Translations under genes and position numbers: made by a program
Part shown: positions 1 to 11,255 of the stretch, in pieces
Layout: each line of letters begins with the position of its first letter
Position numbering within the stretch: the first letter of the stretch is position 1
The notes under the pieces: generated by a model
Database searches by the model: none
Told to the model about the DNA's origin: nothing
What the model saw: the letters and a program-made list of their open reading frames with translations, nothing else
Source of the DNA: Oikopleura dioica
Taxonomy: Eukaryota; Animalia; Chordata
Assembly: GCA_907165135.1 (NCBI GenBank)
Contig: OU015567.1
Location: 1,798,001-1,862,000 of the forward strand
Length of the DNA stretch: 64,000 nt
Direction of reading: 5' to 3'

Positions 1-1990
1 ATTTCTCTTTTCAATCAGAGTCAGGGCGAAGCCGACCCGAAGGGGAGGCCACGCCCGATTATTCTTTTCAATCAGAGTCATGGCGAAGCCGACCCGAAGG
101 GGAGGCCACGCCCGATTATTCTTTTCAATCAGAGTCAGGGCGAAGCCGACCCGAAGGGGAGGCCACGCCCGATTATTCTTTTCAATCAGAGTCATGGCGA
201 AGCCGACCCGAAGGGGAGGCCACGCCCGATTATTCTTTTCAATCAGAGTCAGGGCGAAGCCGACCCGAAGGGGAGGCCACGCCCGATTATTCTTTTCAAT
301 CAGAGTCATGGCGAAGCCGACCCGAAGGGGAGGCCACGCCCGATTATTCTTTTCAATCAGAGTCAGGGCGAAGCCGACCCGAAGGGGAGGCCACGCCCGT
401 TCATTTTTTTAAACCAGTGTAAGTGCGGAGCCGACCCGAAGCGACTCTGACTGACAAGAATAATCGGGCGTGGCCTCCCTTCGGGACGGCTTCGCCCTGA
501 CTCTGATTGAAAAGAATAATCCGGCTTGGCCTCCCTTCGGGTCGGCTTCGCCCTGACTCTGATTGAAAAGAATTATCGGGCGTGGCCTCCCCTTCGGGTC
601 GGCTTCGCCCTGACTCTGATTAAAAGAATAATCGGGCGTGGCCTCCCCTTCGGGTCGGCTTCGCCCTGACTCTGATTGAAAAGAGAAATCGGGCGTGGCC
701 TCCCCTTCGGGTCGGCTTCGCCCTGACACTGGTTTAAAAGAATAAACGGGCTTGGCCTCCCCTTCAGGTCGGCTTCGCCATGACTCTGATTGAAAAGAAT
801 AATCGGGCTTGGCCTCCCCTTCGGGTCGGCTTCGCCCTGACTCTGATTGAAAAGAATTATCGGGCGTGGCCTTCCCTTCGGGTCGGCTTTGCCCTGACTC
901 TGATTGAAAAGAATAATCGGGCGTGGCCTCCCCTTCGGGTCGGCTTCGCTCTGACTCTGATTGAAAAGAATAAACGGGCGTGGCCTCCCCTTCGGGTCGG
1001 CTTCGCCCTGACTCTGATTGAAAAGAATAATCGGGCGTGGCCTCCCCTTCCGGTCGGCTTCGCCCTGACTCTGATTGAAAAAAGAAATCGGGCTTGGCCT
1101 CCCCTTCGGGTCGGCTTCGCCCTGACACTGGTTTAAAAGAATAAACGGGCGTGGCCTCCCCTTCGGGTCGACTTCGCCCTGACTCTGATTGAAAAGAATT
1201 ATCGGGCGTGGCCTCCCCTTCGGGTTGGCTTCGCCCTGACTCTGATTGAAAAGAATAATCGGGCCTGGCCTCCCCTTCGGGTCGGCTTCGCCCTGACTCT
1301 GATTGAAAAGAATAAACGGCCGTGGCCTCCCCTTCGGGTCGGCCTCGCCCTGTCTCAGATTGAAAAGTATAATCGGGCCTGGCCTCCCCTTCGGGTCGGC
1401 TTCGCCCTGACTCTGATTGAAAAGAATAATCGGGCGTGGCCTCCCCTTCGGGTCGGCTTCGCCCTGACTCTGATTGAAAAGAATAATCGGGCGTGGCCTC
1501 CCCTTCGGGTCGGCTTCGCCCTGACTCTGATTGAAAAGAATAATAGGGCGTGGCCTCCCCTTCGGGTCGGCTTCGCCCTGACTCTGATTGAAAAGAATAA
1601 TCGGGCTTGGCCTCCCATTCGGGTCGGCTTCGCCCTGACACTGGTTTAAAAGAATAAACGGGCGTGGCCTCCCCTTCGGTTCGACTTCGCCCTGACTCTG
1701 ATTGAAAAGAATAATCAGGCGTGGCCTCCCCTTCGGGTCGGCTTCGCCCTGACTCTGATTGAAAAGAATAATCGGGCTTGGCCTCCCCTTCGGGTCGGCT
1801 TCGCCCTGACTCTGATTGAAAAGAATAATCGGGCGTGGCCTCCCCTTCGGGTCGGCTTCGCCCTGACTCTGATTGAAAAGAATAAACGGGCGTGGCCTCC
1901 CCTTCGGGTCGGCTTCGCCCTGACTCTGATTGAAAAGAGAAATCGGGCTTGGCCTCCCCTTCGGGTCGGCTTCGCCCTGACTCTGATTGG
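1..1990. repeat. 57-bp tandem satellite/minisatellite, about 7 units in + orientation (1-441) then about 27 units inverted (443-1990)
   Basis: Unit GGGCGAAGCCGACCCGAAGGGGAGGCCACGCCCGATTATTCTTTTCAATCAGAGTCA is repeated directly, then as its reverse complement. The ORFs here are 19-aa periodic by-products of the repeat. Confidence 0.97.
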
Positions 1991-2165
1991 CCGAACTAGA
2001 CCAATGTTGGCCATATGTGGCCATTAACTGGCCGAGCGCGGCCATTTATTGAATATTTTAATATTGGTCTTCCAGCGGATGGTCTTCCACCAGGGAGGTC
2101 CTCCGGGGGTCCTCCGGCCGAATTTGACCAAAGTTGATTCTAAGTGGCCATTAACTGGCCGAGTT
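1988..2165. repeat. GGCC/GGAGGACC/CTGGAAGACC-motif repeat flanking the satellite; related copy at 63587-63715
   Basis: The reverse complement of 2066-2120 (ggaggacccccggaggacc...atccgctggaagacc) matches 63587-63624 (ggaggacccccttggaggactttatctgctggaagacc). Both loci carry closely spaced GGCC motifs. Confidence 0.6.
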
Positions 2166-4661
2166 TTTATTAGATAAGATTTGGTATCAACGTGAAAGTA
2201 TGCGAAAATCCAAGTGAACCGCGATTAACCGCGAGAATGACCGGCTGGTTGAAAAAATACCGCCCCATTGAATCAAGTGAATCATGAGCTTTCATTTAAG
2301 CTATAGAACGTCATCATAGCACGCCTATAACAGAAGTTGAGATTTCTGAAATTTCAGTTCTGACAGTCTTGGTCAACTTTGGAGCCCTTGGAAAGTGTGA
2401 AAAACTAAGTTGGCATAAAATTTTTTTGGCTCTATCGATTCAGGCTGACCTCAACTTTCACTTGGTATGCACACAATTATCAAAATCAAACTAGCAGGTG
2501 CTCAAAATTGGCTTCAACTGATATGAGTGCAAATTTTCTCCACAAAAATCGGTCAAAAAAAGCAACAAGAAGATCCATTTTGAAAAATCTAATTGATCAA
2601 CTTTTCCAAGCGTGTCTTGAAGTATATGTATTCGTAGTTTGGTGAGATTTTTCAAGAGAACTTGGAAAATAGAAAATGCCGCGGTAAGCCTAATTATGGG
2701 GTACTAAATCAATCAATGGAGACGCAGAAACGAAGCTCTTTTCATTTAATTATCATTTATCGACATTTTTAGCGCCTAATTCAATTAACGGTCCATAGGG
2801 TTTAAAAGTTATCAAAACAACTTTGAGCGAAAATGACTTTTCTTAGTATTTTAATCAGAATAGACTGATTAGTTTTTTCGTGATTTTGTTAGAGCGACAA
2901 ATTCATAAAAGAAGAACAAAAAGCTGTATTTTACTCATTACAATCATCAATCATTCGTCGGTCTTGTAGAGTCTACAATGTAGACAACTGTGTTTATACA
3001 TGTTAAATTTAACATAATAATTCATGTGCAATTAATTATAAGATAAAAGTTCATTTTCGGGAAATTCCGAATGCGGTTTATAAAATGGGCCAAAAAACCG
3101 ATTTGGAACGCAGCCGCTCGCCACCCTGAACAAGACGATAGATAAACAAAATGCGGATGAGTTTATACTTGATTAAAAAAGTTAAAATAAAAGTAAAATT
3201 GAACCAGGAAGTTTAAACACGTGTTATTGTTGATAAAGATCCTTGGCAGTTAGACTGGGTCTAAATCCGCTTCCTTAAATTACTAGAATGATAGCCAAGT
3301 GTATTGTGACACAGTACTCATTCGGAGAAGGTAGGAGACTCTACTTTACAAGAAGTTCATTTCACGTAAAAATAAATCTTCTCTGTAATTGATGTTTTGA
3401 GGTTGGCATCGGACGGACTTTTGCAATATTCGATTGATATCCAATAAAGATCACAAATTTAATAAACAGTCGTTTCTTAAAACAGCCGGAAGAAGCAAAA
3501 ACACTCTCTCTGATAAAATTTACAAACAAAACATAGCCGTTATTCAGACAATATATTACTTTGCAGTTCCTTCATCGGAAGATTTTTTCAAGAATGAAAA
3601 TAAATTTTATAATTCTTGATATTTCATAATCAGGAAAAAGCTTTGGAAAAGAGCCACGATGATTTAGTTTAAGGGTATCCTCTCCGAAATGGTAATATTT
3701 TTTTCTTAATTTTACCTTTGCAATTGTCTCGCACAATTTCAGCTTTTTCCAGATTGATGTTTTACAAATGAAACCAATGATTGTATCATTATCAAAGCCC
3801 TCTCATGTTCCGCCAGGCAAACTTTTCCCTTTTCTAAAAGTTTCTTGATAAATTCTGGTTAGAAATTGAAGCTAAAGAAGTTTAAACTTTGCGTAATCTT
3901 CTGCTTATCTTAATCCTGCGGATGATGCTGAATTCGAGAGACGGACTGGTGACACGTTTCCTCATACTATCTTTATGAAATTAATCTTGGCCTCTTGAGT
4001 CAAGAGTCTTGACTGCGTTTTTCGGCCACCGGACGATAAGATAAATTGTGCCTGGATCGAAAACTATTTTGATCCAGGACTAAAATTTTCACTCCAAAAA
4101 ATTTCATCGTTGGCTTTGTTGACGTTGTTACCGTTGTTGCCATTCTCAGGTTCAACATTTCCGGTTCACTCTGATAAATCAAATGACTGGTAGACTCTTT
4201 CAATCGTCTGATATTTTAAGGAATTAAATGTATCTTATCAGAAGCGCATAAATGGGCGAATCGGATAGATAGCGAGTTGGTTCACTATGTTTTTATCCAT
4301 ATTTATGCGTTAAATCTTTTTGTCCACTGATTTATACGTACATACAATCTTTAACTGTATGTTTTCTTGAAAAATTGGGAGCTTTGAAAACTTGAAGTCT
4401 TGGATTCTGGGGACTTACAAGAGTATTCAAGGGCTTGTAAATAACTGAACAATTGAAAGAAATCTAATTAACTTGTTTACCAAGCATTTGTTGCTAATAT
4501 TTTTGGTACAGACTTGATACGGTCATTTCTTGGATAAAATTTAATAAACACAACAGAACAGTTATTTTCAGTACTTCCAATGCTATTTCCTCTTCGGAAG
4601 TTCTTACAGGGATAAAAATAAACTCATATTTCATCTTCGATCAACAGGAAGGATATTCATT

Positions 4662-5500
4662 TAGTCTGCAGTTTTCTTCGACTTCTTCTTTTTCGACTTC
4701 TTTGTTTTATCTGATGCTTTTCCTCCCTTCCCCTTGGATTTTTTCTTGTTGCCACTTTTCTTGTCGCCGATTCCGACTTTATTTTTCCACCGCTGGCCGT
4801 ACTTGTCCATCAGTTCTTCACGAACCTACAGATTTCTCTTAGCAAATATTATATGTGACATATAGAAAGCAAAAATATAAAAAAAAAATTGAGCGCTGTC
4901 CAAAAATATCAATTGCAGTCACCTTTTCCCGCTTTACAGCTTGTTTTATTCGTTCAGCTTTATTGACAACCATGTTTCCAGCCTTTTTCCACCTAAGATG
5001 ACTTTTCAAAAAGACTTTCCATTTGAATATTTTACTTTGCTTTGGGATCGAAGTTCTTCTTCTTCATCGTCGCAAAGACATCACCATTGTCATCGTCATC
5101 AAAATCCTTGTTTTTGGTGAAATAAATGAACTTGGAACGTGGAATTGAACGTTGAAAACTGCTTATTCTTTGATTCCCTTATCAATATCCGTATATACAC
5201 TTCCTTCTTTATACTTTTTTCACCGCCCTTGAGCATTGTTACTTTGAGCACTTTCTTCCTGCTCATCAAAAAGTTGGATCGTGCCATCGCTCCCACTACT
5301 CCTCCTCTATTCGCTCCGGAAACAAACTCCTGGTCTGGAGATTCTACTCCGCAAATTGCCTCGCATCTGCAGCACTATTTGAAAAAAAAAATTAAAAGCG
5401 AAATCGTCAATAAAGAAGAACTCACGTGACAGCCCATTTGAAGTTTCTTCCTCTTTCTGAATCTGGCTTTTTCAAGACGGAATAGCCGCGATGATCAGCG
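4662..5500 (-). CDS. Putative multi-exon gene, Lys-rich C-terminus, unknown function (5' end not defined)
   Basis: Minus-strand exon-like segments bounded by splice-like sites: ...GRNFKWAVT | ...MARSNFLMSRKKVLKVTMLKGGEKSIKKE | ...LRWKKAGNMVVNKAERIKQAVKREK | VREELMDKYGQRWKNKVGIGDKKSG...KKTAD*. Confidence 0.4.
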
Positions 5501-6524
5501 GTTTAATAATTTAACTGATGATAGAAAAATATGGAAAATATTTAGTTATTCATGCTTCAAGTCGCAATCAAAGCAGAAAGGTTTTTGATTTGAATGAGCT
5601 TCCGCTTTTGATTATGGTTTTGATTACTTCTCAAAATTTACAAGAAAAAAAAGGGGAAGAATGAGTGTCTTTCATACTAGCAAGCCATTTTTCTTGTTCT
5701 TGAATTGATACGGTATCCTTGATACGGTAGGTGGAAGTTCAACCGTGGAACAAAATTAGAATAAAAGGCGAGCTAAGTGAGCAGCTTCTTTTTGAAGTAC
5801 TGTCAAAATTTGATGGCGGAAGCTGTGTTTATGGAACTTCTGTAGTGCACGTTGTAAAGCACGCTCCTGTTCTTGAAAAAAAATGAACAACCAGCGGCTT
5901 CTTCTTGAAGTTGAATTAATTTGATGGTGGAAGCTGTGTTTATGAGTATGTTTGGCATTTCAAATGATCTTTTTCTTTCAATCAGCAAAATAGCTAATTG
6001 AATTGTTGAATAAAACAAAGCATTATATAGTTTTGGAACTAAGTGGGGAGGGTTCAGCCGTTAAAAAACTACTTTTTTGTTTTCCCTAAACAAGTGAAAA
6101 GAATCTCAAGATGGAAGGAGAAATGTTTTTACTGAAAAATTCCCTTAAAAAAGATTGATTCTAGCGTGTTTTTTCGCTTGATTTTTACGCTTAACCTTTT
6201 CTAGGAATTATTGTTTATTGTCCGAGTCCTAGGCTCTTTTATGAGTTAAAAAATCGCCTCTAACAGAAAGCGAGAAATTCAAATTGAATCAGACTTTTGC
6301 CCCAGTGCTTCGGATTCGTGGTATATTGCGCTGTTTGGAAGCTAAAAGCTAACACAAACACCAAGGTCGTTAGAGAATAGAGGAGCCTTCTTTTCTTTTT
6401 CTGGCATTCATTATTATATAAAAAAACGTTGCGCGCCTGCGTCAAATTCAAACCCCGACCACAGGAAACATAGAGACACATAAACAGAAAAAAGAAGAGA
6501 GGGAAAATCCAACACTGAAGGAAA

Positions 6525-8658
6525 ATGAAGCTTTTTGCTTCAGCTGTTTTCGCAGCGAATGGTGTTTTTGCGGGAAGATATCAAGGAAAGGAAGGGATTA
6601 GAAAAAGCATTGAAAAAAATTCGCGAAAAATGGGCATATAAAAATTTTATAATTATTAAGAAATGATTTTTTTTTCAAACTTCAAGAATAAATTTATCTT
6701 TCTGGGTAAAGGATCATTCCTTTGAGGACTTTTTTTGACAGGTTTATTATATTACGAGGTGTTCTGTTTTCCTCGCAAAATTGAATTATAGAAACTACAA
6801 ACAAAAGTTAGCCGACAATTCCCTTCACTCCGGCCCGTATTAGATTCAGAAGTCATTAGATTTAAGCTTTTCCGGGCGTTTCTGTTTAACAACCATATAA
6901 AAAACATCATAAAACGTGCCCATCTTAGATGGGCCATCTAGCCTTCGCGTAATTTTAACGATCATAAATAATAATTCAATAATAATCCAATCATCAGAGT
7001 CTACAAAATCGCGGAATCGCGACGATGACCTTGGATGAGAAAACTTCAAAGCTCTGGAATAATGGAGCGATGAGTACGACCATTGGGCGGATTTTGAACT
7101 CGCCGTTTGATGAAATTTTCCCACTGGACTTTATTCAGCCGCATAATGGTCCGCAATTTATTCCAGGAGAAACGATCAAGTTTCTTTACAATCTCAACTT
7201 CTCCGATCGACTCTATTCGATGAAAAAATTCTCCTACGACATCGAATCATATAACGGCAATTCTACTCAATTCCTCGAAGACCAGCTTGGTGCAGAAAAC
7301 GTCCACTTCGATCAGAATCTCGACGCTCTTTTGAATGATAGCTTTGATGGGGTGAGAGCGAGTAGACTCGGTGGGAGTCGAAATTTTAACGTTTATCACG
7401 ACTTGTCGAGTATTGAAGCTTGGTTGTTGGGAGATGTCAATGCTCACGAACATGCAACTGTCTCGTCGATTGGAAAGGTAAAAATCATTTGCCTCTCAAT
7501 AAATGACTAATTAAGACGCACGAAAACCGCGATATCTGGGTGGTGAACATCTCCAACCCTCCCTCAAATCTCTCCCCGGACTCTTCTCTCCCTACAATCG
7601 TTGTTGATTGCGGAATTCACGCGCGCGAGTGGGTCTCGCCCGCTTTTTGCCAGCACTTTATCAACGAGCTCTTGGACAGTTCTGGAAGCGCGCAATCTTG
7701 GAAAAACACCGTCAACTGGGTCATCTACCCTCTTTTGAATCCTGATGGCTATGCCTTCAGCTGGTCAGGTGATCGAATGTGGAGGAAGAACAGAAGAGTG
7801 AATAGTGGATCATCCTGCGTCGGAGTCGATCTGAATCGAAATTACAACGCGAAATGGAATACCTTTGGCTCATCAAGCAATCCTTGTCACCAGACCTACC
7901 ATGGTGTTTCAGCCTTTTCGGAGCCAGAATCCTCTGCTCATCGAAATCACATGGCAACGATTGAAAATAAGCAAGCCTATTTGACGTTTCATTCGTTCTC
8001 CGAAGTCATCATTTATCCCTATTCGACGATTCACTCCGATGAAGCGGATAATCGAGCAGAATTGAACTCGTTGGCGGGAGAAATGGTTGCTGGGATCAAA
8101 TCTGTTCATGGAAAAACATACAGGAAGAGTTCTTTCATTAAAAAATAAGTAAAAAACAAAGCATCATGCGTATCGGAATAGCTGGAAATTATCGAGAGAG
8201 ATTCTAGAATTCTGGAAAGAAAAGGCGAAGGAGCTGAAATCTTCGGCCTAGCAGCTGGTGGCTCAGACGATTGGGCTCACATGAGCGGAATCCCAATTTC
8301 GTACACTATCGAGCTTCGAGATACAGGAAGCTTTGGCTTTCTCCTTCCGGAAAGTCAGATCCAGCCAACTTGCGAGGAAAATATGAAAGGAGTTGAAGCA
8401 GTCTTCGACCACGTTAAACCGTTGAATACCTGCTCAAGTTGCTCTGGAAACTGCTGGTTTCACAAAAACACGAGGCTATTCAAATGCTTCGCGCCAACAG
8501 GTAATTTATTAGAACTTACGAGTTCAATTATGGAGAGCTCGACTCTACTCGATTCGAGCGCTCACTCATTTTCGGATTTATCTTGTTTCTTGACCCTATA
8601 TTTATTCTCTATATTTATCGGATTCGGTATTTCAACTGATTACTTGTTCAAAATTTGA
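6525..8658 (+). CDS. M14A zinc carboxypeptidase, carboxypeptidase B-like, with Cys-rich and hydrophobic C-terminal extension
   Basis: Signal peptide MKLFASAVFAANGVFA; DCGIHAREW (H69/E72), MWRKNR, GVDLNRNY, TFHSFSE (H196), GGSDDW (D255), YTIELRD (E270). Introns about 7478-7516 (GT-AG) and 8124-8219 (GA-AG). Prodomain exons not fully resolved. Confidence 0.88.
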
Positions 8659-10656
8659 ACTTCAAATTTCTGTCTGCTGTTCTATTTATTCCTCTATGTC
8701 TTCAATCGAAAAAGATATTGAAATTTGTCTAATAAAGATAAGTTCTTGTTTCTTTTTTGAGATTTATTTTTGCAGAGATAAAACCTAATTGACCAACCAG
8801 ATTTCTGATTTCGACCGGTAGGCCAATCAGATTCAGGAAAAAAATCATCAAGATTTTTTCGCTTAGATTTCTTTTTTTGAAAAATTCTGGCTTTCCAGTA
8901 AAAAATATTTTATTCATGACGAGTTGGGAATAAAATCATCAAAGAAGTGATTATAAAACTGTCGATAATATTGGGCTCAACAGATGGGCGTCGTCGCAAA
9001 AAAGGTACCACAAATGAGGAATCGATTTCTTTTTCAACTTCCGAGCTGCGAAAAATACTTTATGAGGAATATCGCCTTGGAAAATTTCTGAGAGCGACTT
9101 TGGGAAAGATAAGACAAAGGGACTCTCAGCGCTAATTCTGGTACTAGAGGCGAAAGTCATTATGCATTGTGTGCCTAAAGCTGCCCCTTGTCAAGCCCGG
9201 AAGCGTGAGAATCTCAAGTTCTTTGAACAAAAATACAGACTTTCGCAGTTATAAAATGACCATCAAATTGGATCCGAAGAATTCTAGATCCGAAATCTGA
9301 AATAAGCGCCAGACTCCATTTTCTTCAAAATTCTCTAGATGAAAAGTTGTTGTCAGACCTAAATTTTAAGCAATTTTAGTCTGAGACTCGTGAAAGTCCG
9401 AAGAGGAAGAAAAACAAGTGAGTACTCAAGATAGATTTATACGTTCATATTTATCTTTACCATTTTTAGTCAATTGATTTGCTAAAGAAAATAAACGAAG
9501 AAATGAAAGAGAAAGATGCAGAAACTGAAACGTTCGACAATTCGTCGTCAGCGAAAGAGAACTAGCTGCAAATCTCTTCCAAGTGCTATCGTCCTGAATA
9601 AAATCAATTTATCCAAAAAACATCTTATTCTTTCCAGTGGTCGAAGGTGTAGTTTGTCGATTTCGTAAAAGTTCAAGTACTGTTAAAAAAGTAATCCACT
9701 GAGCTGAGCGTTGCGGTTGCGGCGGCAATAAAAGAAATGACGAGAACCGCAAGCGGCGTGTGAGCCTTTGTTGAGAGTACCGGAACGATGAAAAATTAAT
9801 TTGGGCACACGCGCACTTTATGTTAATTTTTTCGACATTGTTTTGGAAAGACACGCGCAAATGTACTAATTAGCTATTCAATAAGCGTTTTTCTTCAGAT
9901 CGAAACTCGCAGTACTGTAAAATTCAAACTAAAGAAGGCTCAATTCATCAATTTCAATTTTCGATAATTATTGCCCCGTTAGAACTTGGACTCGCGCTCT
10001 AAAATTGGCCCAATTACATGTCGGTACCAATTTTCGTCAAATTATTTCGGCGCTTCTCAATTTTTCCCCCGCCCGACAGTGTAATTGGGGATTAAAAAGA
10101 CTGTCGATTCCGAAAAGTGGGAAAGGACCCAACCGGTGAAATCGGAAACGAAAATTTGAAATAATTTGAGTCCCGATTTACGTCCCGCGTCTGATACTTA
10201 TCCGGAAAGTCATAAGATCCACGAATACGAATTCATTTGAGAAATCACGGGACGAACCTTTTTGGAACTTTTTCAAAGAAAAAATGAAAAGAAAAAAAAG
10301 GGATTTGAAGGGATATTGTTGATATTGATGATGACAAGATTTATTGTAATAATCAGCGAGAACAAAACAGCTCAATATCGCTCCAAAAGGGCTGGCAATT
10401 AGTCCTTTCCTAAAGGGAGCCTCGTGGCACGATGTTTGGGCACCGCAGGGACTCCTCCGGCCCGCCCGCGGGGCAGTTTTTGTCTCGCACCAGGCCAGTG
10501 ACGCTTCAAAGTCAGATTCCGAGATAGATCCCTTCTCCAGGCTGGATCACTGGTTAATTCGAAGGGATAAGCCCTGTTAGATGAGTGTTCCATACACAAA
10601 AATAGCATTATTAATTTTCGTAGTTTTCTGGAGTTAAATTCTTATTATCGTCAATG

Positions 10657-10719
10657 AATCGAGAAGCCGCTTGCGACTTCGAGCTTCAAAAGTAAAAAAG
10701 CCGCGCTAGCCGCGGCTTT
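10657..10719. repeat. AAGCCGC hairpin pair
   Basis: gaagccgc-tt-gcgacttc (10663-10680) and aaagccgcg-ctagc-cgcggcttt (10697-10719). Confidence 0.8.
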
Positions 10720-11195
10720 ATTGTTCTCCCTCAAAGCGGAAAGCTTGTTTACCTTTATTAGATATAAAGAAGGTCAACTAAAAATCATTTTCATCTTTGA
10801 AAATTCTTATTTCTGAAGTCCGAAAAATCCCCTCTCAAAAAGCGATGATCCAGGACATCCTGTCTCTAGAACCGAATAAGACGGCGCGTGGCATGCGATA
10901 GTGCTAGCTTGGGCACACTTCGATGGTACTAATAACAACAGTGTCCCACTTGAGGCAGCGCCATTGAACGTTGCCTGGAGGGGCACCCGACTATTGTTAG
11001 AAGGAACCATCAAACGAGGCCTCACTCACACCCAGCCAGTACTCTCTTTCTTTCCTTGCTTGTCCTTTTATTATCAGAAAAATAAAGAAAGAACGTTCTG
11101 GACACACACGCTTTTCTAGAGACTGGCTCACCGCGCGCTGCAAATAAAAAATATGGGTAAGTCAAAAATAAACTAAAACTTTTAACTTGCAAAAA

Positions 11196-11255
11196 GAATC
11201 GAGAAGCCGCTTGCGGCTTCGAGTTAAAACAAAGAGAAAAAGCCGCAAGCGGCTT
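11196..11255. repeat. AAGCCGC hairpin pair
   Basis: gaagccgc-tt-gcggcttc (11203-11220) and aagccgc-aa-gcggctt (11240-11255); same aatcgagaagccgc start as 10657. Confidence 0.85.

Noticed and set aside
1-1990. CRISPR-like alternation of palindromic repeat and spacer
   Set aside because: The AT-rich spacers are essentially identical, there are no cas genes, and the context is eukaryotic.
80-2045. Long ORFs (110-490 aa) in the first 2 kb
   Set aside because: They are 19-aa periodic translations of the 57-bp satellite in several frames and on both strands; no evidence of coding.
3440-4630. Weak similarity between about 3460-3610 and 4520-4625
   Set aside because: AT-rich, patchy matches; cannot be distinguished from an old local duplication or chance without alignment statistics.
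5780-5950. Short tandem duplication (aatttgatggYggaagctgtgtttatg twice)
   Set aside because: Real but tiny; no open frame or element ends support a function.
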